The notes under the pieces were generated by a model. It did no database searches, was not told the DNA's origin, and saw nothing but the letters and a program-made list of their open reading frames with translations. Positions 32,682-43,000 of a stretch of 64,000 nucleotides of DNA are shown here, piece by piece (within the stretch, counting starts at the first letter, position 1; the number at the start of each line of letters is the position of its first letter). A program made the translations under genes and the position numbers. Source of the stretch: Candidatus Amesbacteria bacterium (GTDB lineage Bacteria; Patescibacteriota; Microgenomatia; CAZETR01; Amesbacteraceae); contig DAHXMV010000001.1 of assembly GCA_027371535.1 (NCBI GenBank), positions 253,259-317,258 of the forward strand. Reading direction: 5' to 3'.

Positions 32682-33824
32682 ATGAATAATAGAAAATCCC
32701 CAAGGGGCTGGTTTCGGAAGCTCAAAATAGTTTTAGCAGCCGGAGTATTAGTCATAACCGGATTAGTGTTATTTATTAAATTTGATACGGCAGGAGCGGC
32801 GCAGTTTACAGATAACGTCCTCAGGCCACTTTTGGGTACCGATGCAGTTATAACCCTGGAAAGGTGGTATTACAACACGGCCGATAAACTAAAGCAGCTA
32901 ACCTATAATTCAAAATCGGATACCGGCTTAAATTTTCTGGACCAGTCCTTTGCAAAGGACGGACCAATCAGCAGCCAGGTCAGTCTGGAACTGACTCGTT
33001 TGACAGTTAACCCGAAATTTAAACCGGAACAAAACGAAGGAGTATGGAATGACCGGCCTCTGAAAATTTTTCCCGGACAGGAAGTGATGGCTTTTACTTA
33101 CATCCGTCCCGATCCGGACCGGCCTTACGCTTATGTAACCATAATCCAGGCGGATATGAAAGTACTGCATTTATCTGCTGTGGCCGGAACCAAACAGCCG
33201 GGCGGCCCGGTGGGCATGTCCGGTCCGGGCGTAGTACCGGAACAGATTAAAAACAGCGGCCGGCTGGTTGCGGCTTTTGACGGCGGATTTCAATACCGGG
33301 ACGGTGAATACGGAATGATCGTGGGTAACACGACCTACCTGCCGCTCAAACCGGATATCGGGACCCTGATCGGATACACAAACGGAGATCTGAAGATTAT
33401 CAAATATAAGGGCCAGAACCTTGGCCCGGGGGTGGAGTTTGTGAGACAAAATTGCCCAATTCTGATTGAAGACGGATTGTCGGCCGTGACTGATGAAAAA
33501 AATAAGAAGCTATGGGGTAGAACACCAAGCTTTGATATTAAAACCTGGCGGTCCGGAATCGGACTGAATAAGAACGGGAATGTCCTTTACGCCGTCGGTA
33601 ACAACCTGACACCCCAAACCTTGGCGGATGCATTGCTGTCGGCCGGAGCGGTAGAGGCGATTCAACTGGATATCAACCCTTACTGGGTGAGATTTAATAT
33701 TTTTGATGATACCGGCAACGGCACCTACCACACTTCGACTTTGATAAATAAAATCCAGGACGGTTCAAAAGAATATCTGAACGGCTATACCAAAGATTTT
33801 TTTTACTTATATAAAAACCCCTAA
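32682..33824 (+). CDS. Phosphodiester glycosidase-family (NAGPA/DUF2233-like) protein, paralog 2
   Basis: N-terminal TM segment. C-terminal region ...LLSAGAVEAIQLDINPYW resembles the family's C-terminal conserved region, although the canonical LDGGGS motif is altered. Confidence 0.45.
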   Translation: MNNRKSPRGWFRKLKIVLAAGVLVITGLVLFIKFDTAGAAQFTDNVLRPLLGTDAVITLERWYYNTADKLKQLTYNSKSDTGLNFLDQSFAKDGPISSQVSLELTRLTVNPKFKPEQNEGVWNDRPLKIFPGQEVMAFTYIRPDPDRPYAYVTIIQADMKVLHLSAVAGTKQPGGPVGMSGPGVVPEQIKNSGRLVAAFDGGFQYRDGEYGMIVGNTTYLPLKPDIGTLIGYTNGDLKIIKYKGQNLGPGVEFVRQNCPILIEDGLSAVTDEKNKKLWGRTPSFDIKTWRSGIGLNKNGNVLYAVGNNLTPQTLADALLSAGAVEAIQLDINPYWVRFNIFDDTGNGTYHTSTLINKIQDGSKEYLNGYTKDFFYLYKNP

Positions 33825-34067
33825 TGTAGTTGTGGCTGGCCTTTGGCCCGGGATTAACCGCTTTGCCGGGCAGTCTGTATTTCGGCCGGATAACCGGATT
33901 GTTACCGCCGGTAATTTCGGGTAAAAGTTATTTCCAAAACCGGCTTTCCGGGTCAGACGGGCAGGAACCAAATGCTGAAGGGTGATAAATACTCCGCTAA
34001 CCGCGGCGGCCAGTAGAAAAAACTGACAAGAATTCCGGACATTTTTATAATAATATAAAAATTAACG

Positions 34068-35117
34068 ATGCAGACTGTCAGGCCCGGCAACTACGACCCG
34101 GTGATAGATATTTTACGGGCAATTTCAATTTTGGCCGTGATTTGTATTCATACCACCACCAGAACGATGGAAACGGTAAATCTGTATCTGCCAAAGGTAC
34201 CTGTGGCTATTTTTTTAAACCAGATTTCCCGGTTTGCCGTACCGATGTTTTTTCTGATTTCCGGATTTGTACTGGAATTATCACACAAAGACGGTTTGGG
34301 ATACTTTGGCTATCTTAAAAAAAGACTGGGAAAAATTCTGATACCATATGTATTTTGGAGCGCTATTTACTACTTTTTCATCTACACCCGGCACGGGGTC
34401 AGTTTCTGGCAGGCTTTGGCCGGGGGGAACTCTTCATACCAATTGTATTTTATTCCATCGCTGTTTCTCTTATATTTGGTATTTCCGCTTTTACATGCCG
34501 TATACCGGTGGATCAGCCGGTGGTGGGTTATCATCCCTATCCTGGCAATCCAAATCTGGCTTTTATATCTGGATTATTATCCCCGGGAGATTAATTTGTG
34601 GGATCCGTTAAGAATAGTGGTGTTAAATTCCGGCTGCTTTCTGGCCGGGATGATAGCCTCGCAAAATACGGATAAAATTAAGGAATTAACGGTAAAATTT
34701 AAATTTATCCTGGCGCCGGCAGCCGGACTGCTGGGAATTTTTATTTTCCGGGAAGGCGGATCCAGATACCTGACATCCTGGAATTATATTGATTTTTATT
34801 CCCAGTGGAGGCCAAGTATTTTTATCTATACGTTAGGGTTATTCGGTTTAGGATATACCTGGTTAAGCCGGCCGGGGCAAATATTTCTGAAATTGGCCGG
34901 GTGGGCCAATGAGTCTTTTTTGGTTTTTTTTATTCATGTAATAATTTTAGAAAAAGTCTGGGAGTTATTTAATAAAGTGATTTTCGGAAGGCAGACAGAG
35001 TTTTTTATCCGGCAATGGTGGTGGGATCCGGTGTTTTTTTTAGTCGTGGCCGGGGGATCGTTTTTGGCTGCCAGATTGATTCATAAAATTCCCTATATTC
35101 AAAAAGTCACCGGCTGA
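34068..35117 (+). CDS. Acyltransferase family 3 (OatA/OpgC-like) membrane protein
   Basis: N-terminal DILRAISILAVICIHTT, about 10 TM segments, 349 aa. Confidence 0.7.
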   Translation: MQTVRPGNYDPVIDILRAISILAVICIHTTTRTMETVNLYLPKVPVAIFLNQISRFAVPMFFLISGFVLELSHKDGLGYFGYLKKRLGKILIPYVFWSAIYYFFIYTRHGVSFWQALAGGNSSYQLYFIPSLFLLYLVFPLLHAVYRWISRWWVIIPILAIQIWLLYLDYYPREINLWDPLRIVVLNSGCFLAGMIASQNTDKIKELTVKFKFILAPAAGLLGIFIFREGGSRYLTSWNYIDFYSQWRPSIFIYTLGLFGLGYTWLSRPGQIFLKLAGWANESFLVFFIHVIILEKVWELFNKVIFGRQTEFFIRQWWWDPVFFLVVAGGSFLAARLIHKIPYIQKVTG

Positions 35118-35118
35118 G

Positions 35119-35427
35119 ATGGCAAAACAGATTAAAGCCAGACAGCTGACAGGTTTCTGGGAATTAACCCGGGGTCTGATCGGTTATCAAAAACCACTGC
35201 CGATGTATTTTAAAACCAGATGGGGGATACACACTTTCGGGGTCAGGTTTCCACTGGATATCCTGATTCTGGATAAAAATCAGCGGGTGGTGAGAATGGA
35301 AAAAGGCTTAAATCCCTGCAGGATTTATGTCTGGCCTCCGGTTAATGACGGGGTACTGGAGTTACCGGCCGGGACGATTGAAAAAAAACGAATTAAAACC
35401 GGAGATATAATCAATATCTCATGGTAA
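35119..35427 (+). CDS. DUF192-family protein
   Basis: WGIHTFGVRFPLDILILD...VWPPVNDGVLELPAG fits the DUF192/COG1430 pattern. Confidence 0.55.
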   Translation: MAKQIKARQLTGFWELTRGLIGYQKPLPMYFKTRWGIHTFGVRFPLDILILDKNQRVVRMEKGLNPCRIYVWPPVNDGVLELPAGTIEKKRIKTGDIINISW

Positions 35428-36386
35428 AAAATGACCGGCTGGTATGGGCTGATGTGACCAGAGGGCTGGCGATTTTTTTGGTACTTTTCGTACACACTGC
35501 GGTTTTTCCCGCCAAGGCGGGGATTGCCAATCCGATAACCCTGACTTTATTATCCATATCCAGATTGGGGGTGCCCCTGTTTGTGCTGTTATCGGGCAGC
35601 CTGCTCCTGGTTAAATCCGAAAGTTACGGGGTGTTTGTTAAAAAAAGGATCAGCCGGCTGGTAAAACCCTGGTTTTTCTGGTCGGTCATAATTACCCTGG
35701 ACCAAATGATTATTTTTCACCGACCCGTGAATAATTTAGCAGGTTTATTGGCTTTATTCAGATCAATTTTCGTACCGGTGTGGTTTGTGCCGATGCTTTT
35801 GGGTTTATATCTCTTAACCCCGGCTTTGAGGATTTTAGTAAAAAATGCCGGACAAATTGACGTTTTTTTAATCTGTCTTTGGTGGTTTGGCGGATTATCA
35901 ATCTTACCGTTTTTGAGAAATACGGCAGCTTTTCCCATGGTTTCCGACAACGGTATAGTCCGTCAGGTGGTTCAGTTCAGCGGTTATTTTCTGGGCGGGT
36001 GGTGGCTATCCAAAGCCAGCCGGAAAGTACATAAATTTTTTTGGGCCGCGGGAATTGCAGGCTGGATTTTAACATTATATAAAAGCAATGCAGATCTGAA
36101 TTTTTTAAACTACCTGGCTCCCGGGGTGGTACTGATGGCCGGGGGAGGTTTTAGCGGATTACTGACTCTCGGCCCATATCTTTCGGGCAAAATAAATTCC
36201 GGGATTAAAAATGTTTTGGCCTTGATTAGCCAAACCACTCTGGGAATTTACTTTGTCCACCCGCTGATTCTGCAAACCCGCCTGATACCGGAAGGGTTAT
36301 TTGGTACCGGACTGTTATTCTTAATTTCATTCGGGGTAATTTATGGATTACAAAAAATTGCCCCGATTAGATCCTGGGTGGCTTAA
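35421..36386 (+). CDS. Acyltransferase family 3 membrane protein (paralog)
   Basis: WADVTRGLAIFLVLFVHTA N-terminal motif and multiple TM segments. Confidence 0.7.
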   Translation: MVKNDRLVWADVTRGLAIFLVLFVHTAVFPAKAGIANPITLTLLSISRLGVPLFVLLSGSLLLVKSESYGVFVKKRISRLVKPWFFWSVIITLDQMIIFHRPVNNLAGLLALFRSIFVPVWFVPMLLGLYLLTPALRILVKNAGQIDVFLICLWWFGGLSILPFLRNTAAFPMVSDNGIVRQVVQFSGYFLGGWWLSKASRKVHKFFWAAGIAGWILTLYKSNADLNFLNYLAPGVVLMAGGGFSGLLTLGPYLSGKINSGIKNVLALISQTTLGIYFVHPLILQTRLIPEGLFGTGLLFLISFGVIYGLQKIAPIRSWVA

Positions 36387-36892
36387 CGCGACCGCCTGAT
36401 ATGCCGGATGATTTTCTCGGAATAAGCCCTGGGGTTGAAATTGATAAGATACATAGCGATAAACAAGCCTAATAAAATATAGAACAGGTCCGGCAGGGAG
36501 TGCCTGACGGTCAAATTAAAGAGCTGAAACGGCAGTAGTAACAGGGTGACTCCGATCAATAAATCCACCCCCCAATTTTTGCGATAAATCAGACCGATGG
36601 CTCCGGCGATTTTGGCCAGTCCCAGAAGAATCAAAAAGACGGATAAGGAATAATGCCGGGACAAGACATATGGGACAATTCTTTGGGAAACGATAACCAA
36701 CAGATCCCGGGGGGATTCCAGTAATTCCTGCGACACCAGCCGCCGATAGGCCTGCAGGGCCTGCGGACCGACAATTAAAATACCCAACCCGAAAAGCAGT
36801 TCCAGAAATCCTGTGACTAATTTGTAGGCCACAATATACCAGGAAACATGCAGTTCCTGTTCCAAACCGGCTTCGAGTCGGGCGGGATTCAT
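36383..36892 (-). CDS. Hypothetical polytopic membrane protein (DUF2127-like)
   Basis: Four predicted TM helices and no catalytic motifs. Confidence 0.35.
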   Translation of the reverse strand: MNPARLEAGLEQELHVSWYIVAYKLVTGFLELLFGLGILIVGPQALQAYRRLVSQELLESPRDLLVIVSQRIVPYVLSRHYSLSVFLILLGLAKIAGAIGLIYRKNWGVDLLIGVTLLLLPFQLFNLTVRHSLPDLFYILLGLFIAMYLINFNPRAYSEKIIRHIRRSR

Positions 36893-36911
36893 TTCTTAAT
36901 TATGGCATTTT

Positions 36912-37652
36912 TTACATCCAATCATGCACGGACATTTCGGGGGCTTCGCTGTTTACTAATTCGGCGATTTTGGCGGCCACCAATTCCGGAGGATCGGGCG
37001 GGCGGATACTGCGCCCGGAAGCGGCCGGATCCCAAATCCGTTCATGCTCGGTGAGGGTATTTTTGGCAAAATCAGTAGCGGTCATATAGGGATAAATGAC
37101 GGAAACTTTGATATGGTCTTTTTCCAGTTCTTTTGCGGCCGTCAAAGAAATAGCATTTAAAGTCCGTTTTAAACCGGAGTAACCGCTCATATACGGCAAA
37201 TACATGAGAGAAGTGCCGGAAGATACATTAATAATGAGACCACTCCCCTGCCGACGCATAATGGGAATCACGGTTTGCATGGCCACCAGCGGTGCCAGCA
37301 CATTAACTTCAAATACCTGACGCAATTTTTCCGGATCGGTTTTTTCAACCGAGGCATCATAACCGATACCGGCGTTATTAATTAATATATCTATCCGACC
37401 GAAGTGTTTTTCGGCAGTGGTAATCAGCTTTTTAATGGCTCTGTGATCGGTGACATCGGCAGGTATGACCAGACTGCCCGGCAGAGTGTCCGCAATTTTT
37501 CTAAGTTTATCCACCGATCTGGCGGCCAGAACCAGACGGGCGCCTTTTTGGAATAGAAGCCTGGCTGTGGCTTCGCCGATACCTGCCGAAGCACCGGTAA
37601 CAACAATCACCCGATTTTTTATTTCCATAACATATAAGTATACCCAACCCAT
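36912..37652 (-). CDS. Short-chain dehydrogenase/reductase (SDR)
   Basis: Rossmann motif VIVVTGASAGIGEA, NNAG, and a YxxxK catalytic pair (YSGLK). The start is probably an internal Met (MEIKNRVIVV). Confidence 0.8.
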   Translation of the reverse strand: MGWVYLYVMEIKNRVIVVTGASAGIGEATARLLFQKGARLVLAARSVDKLRKIADTLPGSLVIPADVTDHRAIKKLITTAEKHFGRIDILINNAGIGYDASVEKTDPEKLRQVFEVNVLAPLVAMQTVIPIMRRQGSGLIINVSSGTSLMYLPYMSGYSGLKRTLNAISLTAAKELEKDHIKVSVIYPYMTATDFAKNTLTEHERIWDPAASGRSIRPPDPPELVAAKIAELVNSEAPEMSVHDWM

Positions 37653-37675
37653 GCAAACGGGGGGATAATTAGGGA

Positions 37676-40063
37676 GTGAAAAAGGGGTTAATCATCGGCC
37701 TGATATTATTTTCGGGTTGGCTTCTGTGGTGGACTATTCCCGATATAAAAAGCGGCGGGACGATAAAAATCCGAGACAGAAACGGGGAATTGCTATACGA
37801 AACAGCCGGAAACGTGGGGCGAAAGCAACCCGTAAGCTATAACCAATTTCCAAAATATCTGATAGACGGGGCTGTGGCTGCCGAGGATAAGACCTATTTT
37901 ACCAATCCGGGAATAGACCCTGTGGCCATGCTTAGGGCAGCCTTTCAAAATCTGAAATACGGGCAAATTGTCAGCGGCGGAAGTACCATCACCCAACAAT
38001 TAGCAAGAATTGCGGTTATCGCCGACAAATCGATCTACTCGCACAACTGGCTTCGAAAAATCAGAGAAAGCCTGATAGCCATAAGATTAACTCTGGTATA
38101 CAGCAAACAGGACATTCTGACCCAATATTTAAACAATGTTTACTTCGGACACCTGGCTTACGGCGCCCAGGCGGCTGCCCGGACATATTTTCATAAGGAC
38201 GTCAGCCAGCTGTCATTGGCTCAGAGCGCATATCTGGTGAGCCTGATTTCGACTCCGGAAAATGATCCTTCAATAATCCGGAGACGACAAACGGAAATAT
38301 TAAACCAGTTAGAGTCGCAAAAATTCATCAGCCGGGAACAGGCAACCAATGCCAAAACCGAGGAAATGACTTTATATCCTCCCGAGGCCTCAGCCTCTGC
38401 CCCGCACTTTGTGGACTACGTCAGACAGCAACTGGCAGATACGGGCATAAATTATTCCGGCGGCATAAATGTGATCACGACCCTGGACGGCCCCGACTTT
38501 ATGCTGGCCCAGGATATTGCCCGGGAATGGGTGAAAAAACTGTCCGGGGAGCACGATTTATCCAATGCTTCCCTGGTAATGCTGGATAACCGGACCGGGG
38601 CCATCAGAGTAATGCTCGGGGGGATTGATTACGCCGATGCAACCCACGCCGGACAGGTGAATCTGACCACAGCCAGCAGACAACCGGGGTCTGCCCTAAA
38701 GCCCATTACCTACGCGGCCGCCTTTGACATGGGATATACACCGGCAACATTGATATATGACGTACAAACGGTGTACCAAACTCATACCGGCGAGGGATTC
38801 ACCCCGAATAATTACGACGGCCGGTATCACGGACTGGTCCTGGTTCGGGAAGCCCTGGCGTCATCTTTAAACCAGCCGGCGGTAGAAATGTTAAACCGGA
38901 TCGGCATCGGAAACTTTTTACAAACTGCCGCCGACCTGGGGATCAGGACATTAAAACCCGACCCCAAATATGACCTGGCACTGACATTGGGCGGGGGGGA
39001 AGTCACGCTTTTAGATCTGACCAATGTATATGCCAGCCTGGCCAGGGGAGGAAGTTATTTACCGCCGTATGCCATCGAAAAAATTACCGATGATTCCGGC
39101 CGGGTGATCTATCAACACCACCCCCAACAATCCAAACAGGTTTGGGGAAATAAAAGTCCGCAGATAGCCTACCTGATTACCGATATTCTGGCAGATCCGC
39201 TGGCCCGGATTCCGGGTTTCGGGGAAAAAAATCCGCTGGTGCTGTCTTTTCCCGCGGCGGTGAAAACCGGAACCACGACTGACTGGCACGACAACTGGAC
39301 GGTGGGTTATACGCCGCAAACAACGGTGGGGGTATGGGTGGGAAATAATGACAACCATCCGATGATCCGGCTGACGGGAATTACGGGCGCGGCGCCGATC
39401 TGGAACCAGTTTTTTGAGGAAATCCATAAAGGCCAGCCTGCGGTGACGTTTACAAAACCTGCGGGGATCGTCCAAACCACCATTTGTAAAACAGACGGCT
39501 TACTACCCGGTGATTTATGCCGGGAACAAATGGAGGAAAAATTTATAGCCGGAACAGAACCCAAACAGGAGTCGCAAATTTACAAACAGGTTTTAATCGA
39601 TACCAGAAATAACCTCCCGGCAGGGATGGATTGTCCCAAAAAATATTTGGTCACCAAAGTGTTGATTGATTATCCGCCACAGGTCTACGGTTGGGCGGTG
39701 GACAACGGGCTGACGGTCATTCCGAGAGATTCTTCACCGCTTTGCAGCCAGCAAGCCAATACCAATTCCGCATCAACATATGTGAATATAATATTTCCCA
39801 AAAATAATTCCGTGTTTCAGTCAGCTGCAGGGGTGGTAAAAAATCAGCTGATAGATTTATCGGTGAACACTTCCGGGGATGTAACCGGTGTCAACTGGTA
39901 TATTGACGGAAAATTATATAAATACACGAACACTTACCCGTTTTTATCAGCCTGGCCGCCCACACCCGGTGATCATGTGATTATGGCAGAAGGGATAACC
40001 CCGACCGGTGAAACAGCCCGGAGTCAGCAGATTCTCATAAAAGTCACAGAATACGGATTGTAA
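37676..40063 (+). CDS. pbpC: Class A penicillin-binding protein, PbpC-like (transglycosylase plus transpeptidase plus C-terminal domain)
   Basis: GT51 motifs (EDKTYFTNPGID, GGSTITQQLAR). Transpeptidase motifs SxxK (SALKP), SxN (SSLN) and KTGT. The C-terminal beta-rich domain resembles the PbpC C-terminal domain. The pairing with a downstream alpha-2-macroglobulin gene is a known conserved linkage. Confidence 0.8.
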   Translation: MKKGLIIGLILFSGWLLWWTIPDIKSGGTIKIRDRNGELLYETAGNVGRKQPVSYNQFPKYLIDGAVAAEDKTYFTNPGIDPVAMLRAAFQNLKYGQIVSGGSTITQQLARIAVIADKSIYSHNWLRKIRESLIAIRLTLVYSKQDILTQYLNNVYFGHLAYGAQAAARTYFHKDVSQLSLAQSAYLVSLISTPENDPSIIRRRQTEILNQLESQKFISREQATNAKTEEMTLYPPEASASAPHFVDYVRQQLADTGINYSGGINVITTLDGPDFMLAQDIAREWVKKLSGEHDLSNASLVMLDNRTGAIRVMLGGIDYADATHAGQVNLTTASRQPGSALKPITYAAAFDMGYTPATLIYDVQTVYQTHTGEGFTPNNYDGRYHGLVLVREALASSLNQPAVEMLNRIGIGNFLQTAADLGIRTLKPDPKYDLALTLGGGEVTLLDLTNVYASLARGGSYLPPYAIEKITDDSGRVIYQHHPQQSKQVWGNKSPQIAYLITDILADPLARIPGFGEKNPLVLSFPAAVKTGTTTDWHDNWTVGYTPQTTVGVWVGNNDNHPMIRLTGITGAAPIWNQFFEEIHKGQPAVTFTKPAGIVQTTICKTDGLLPGDLCREQMEEKFIAGTEPKQESQIYKQVLIDTRNNLPAGMDCPKKYLVTKVLIDYPPQVYGWAVDNGLTVIPRDSSPLCSQQANTNSASTYVNIIFPKNNSVFQSAAGVVKNQLIDLSVNTSGDVTGVNWYIDGKLYKYTNTYPFLSAWPPTPGDHVIMAEGITPTGETARSQQILIKVTEYGL

Positions 40064-40084
40064 TGAAACCCGGAATCTGATTAA

Positions 40085-43000
40085 ATGATTTCAAGGTGCG
40101 GACATATGTTTTTGGATAAGCTAAAGGGGCTAGCCATAAAAGGTGTGGGGAAAATCATCTCGTGGGGATGGGGTTTTGTTCATTTGCCACTGAAGGAGAA
40201 ATGGGCAAGAATCAAAATCCCGGTGATGGTGGCAATAATTGTCGGGGTGGTAATTCTGATCGGACCTTATTTTGCACAGCCGAAAATCAGCGTCAGCTTT
40301 CCGGGAAACAACTCCCGGGAAAATCCTTTAGACAGCGATGTGGAAATCATTTTTGACCGGGGGATGAATAAAGCGAGCGTGGAAAAAAGTTTTTCAATAA
40401 CTCCAAAGGTGGACGGAGCCCTGACGTGGGAAAGCAACCGGAAACTGGTGTTTACACCAAAAATTCCCCTGCAGAGAGGGGTAAACTACAAAGTGAAATT
40501 TAACGGACTGGCAGTTTCCAGTTTCCTGTCGCCAATGCCCGGCGGGGTATCGGTGACTTTTACGACGGTCGGGAATCCAATCGTATCGGTCTTTTCGCCC
40601 CAGTCCGAGGCAGTAGAGGACCTGGCACCGGTAATGGTAATTTTTGACCGGCCGATGATTCCTTTGACTACGGCCACAAACAGCGCGGAGAAAAAATCTC
40701 CGTTTGAAATATCGCCTCCACTAACCGGAACGGGAAAATGGCTGGGGACTACCGCTTACCAGTTTACCCCGTTGAAACCATTTAAAAAAGCCACCACCTA
40801 CACGGTATCCGTGGTCCCGAATCTGAAATCGGCGGACGGAGGAATAATTAGCCAGTCCTTTTCCTGGCAGTTTTCCAGCCTCAGACCGCATGTTTTATCG
40901 GTAGTTCCGCGGGAGGGGGAGTTTTACGCGTCACCGACAGCCTCTGTCTCTGCAGTTTTCAATCAAAATATCGACGGAGCATCAGCTGCCACCCACTTCA
41001 AGTTGGTAGACACTAACGGGAATCAGATTCCCGGGCGGGTAACAGTTAACGGAAAGCGATTGGGATTTTACCCGGCGGCGGCTCTGGTACGGGAAAAAAT
41101 TTATAAAGCGGTAATTATGGCCGGTCTGGCCGGAAAAGAAGGGCCCAACGGAACGGAATCCGATTATGCCTGGAGCTTTACCATGGCTGCCAAACCGGCA
41201 GTCCTGAGATCAGCGCCGGCTGACGGGGATAAAAATGTAGAAAATCAGGGAATATCGGTATTTTTCAAAACCCCCATGGATGAAGATTCCTTTAAGGACA
41301 ATATCAGTATCAACCCCGTACCGGAAAACAAACCGAATTTCAATTTTTCGGACTGGAACAGTCAAAACGAGCTGAATATTTACAGCTACCTCTTTAGGTC
41401 GACGAAATATACGGTGACCATCGGACCAAAAGTAACCGACCAGTACGGAGTGCCCCTGGGATCGGCATATACATTCAGTTTCACTACCGCCGACTATAAA
41501 CCCAGCGTGTCGTTTGTGCCTTTCGGTACTTATTTTGCCAGTTTCAATCAGCAGATAGTCCCGCGGATTGTGGCCCAGGTAAACAATGCCGGGGAAGTAA
41601 ATTACAATTTATATAAACTCGACCGGAACAGCTTTTTGGATTTGTACAAGCGCTACTATACGGATTTCTGTTCGTGGAACAATGAAGGCTGCCGGAACTG
41701 GCAAAATTATGACGTTTCCAAACTGGAAAAAGTCCGGTCATGGAAAGAAACCATAGATATAAACCCCAGCGTACCGGTAAATGTGGTGACCAAAGTGACG
41801 GCGGCAGACGGGACGAATCTGTTGTCGGGATTTTATTTTCTGACGGCCAACGTGAATACCGGACAGCATGACAATATGGTGATGATTGTGTCGGACGCCA
41901 CCATGGCGGTCAAAAAGAGCAGCCAGCAGATTTTTACCTGGACGGTGGACCAGACCAGCAATGAAGTCATCGGGGGGATGAATATGGAACTGACCGATGC
42001 CTACGGCAACAAGCTGGCATCCGGACAGACAAACGGGGACGGAGTCTGGCAGCAGGACGTCAACATCGGCAATACCTATAACCTGCTGATTTTCGGACAA
42101 AAAGACAGCGATGTGGTAGTGGCTTCTTCAAACTGGGGAAGCGGGATAAACCGGTATGATTTCGGTTTGCCGAGTTATTACAGCTACAACGCCTCCGAGG
42201 ATAACCAAAACAGCAATAACCGGTATAAATTATTTCTAACCACAGACAGGCCGATTTACCGGCCCGGGCAAAAAATTTATTTTAAAGGCCTGATCCGTAA
42301 AGATAACGACGCGGCATATGCCAATATTCCGCCGGGAACACCGGTTTCAGTCAATATTGCCGATGGCCGGGGGAGATCCATTTACAGCAAATCACTACCG
42401 ACAAATTCTTCAGGAACTTTTGCCGACACCTGCGACATCAGTGCCGACGGAGAACTGGGATATTATGATCTGACTGCTACATACGGGGATAACAGCGTAT
42501 CGCAGCAGGTGCAGGTGGAAGAGTTCCGCCGGCCGGATATGCTTTTGACCATTATCCCGGATAAGGGTTATTACCTGGCCGGACAGACCCCGGGGGCGAC
42601 GATTAACACGGCTTATTATTTCGGGGCACCAATGGCCAATGCCCAAGTCAACTGGTCTTTAAATACCCAGGATTATTTCTTTAACTGGAGCCGTGACTGG
42701 CGGTTTGAATTCGGGGATGTGGAAGATATCTGGTACAGATGGTGGGGTTACCACTCCTCTTCGGGAGCTCAGGTTACCAGCGGCACCGGGGTAACGGATG
42801 ACCAGGGTAACCTGAACCTGAAAATTCCTTTCAACATGGGGAAATATACTACCAGCCAACAATTGGAACTGGTGGCCCAGGTGACCGATAAGAGTAATCA
42901 GGCGGTAGGGTCATCACAGACTTTTGTAGTCCACCAAGGAGGAATTTATGCGGGCTTGCACCCGGAAAGCTACGGCAGCAGCGCCGGCTCCGAAACCAAG

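Noticed and set aside
33825-34067. GC-rich 240-bp gap upstream of the first acyltransferase-3 gene, with an open minus-strand reading segment
   Set aside because: No start codon or recognisable homology. It could be a gene remnant or a regulatory region. Evidence is insufficient.
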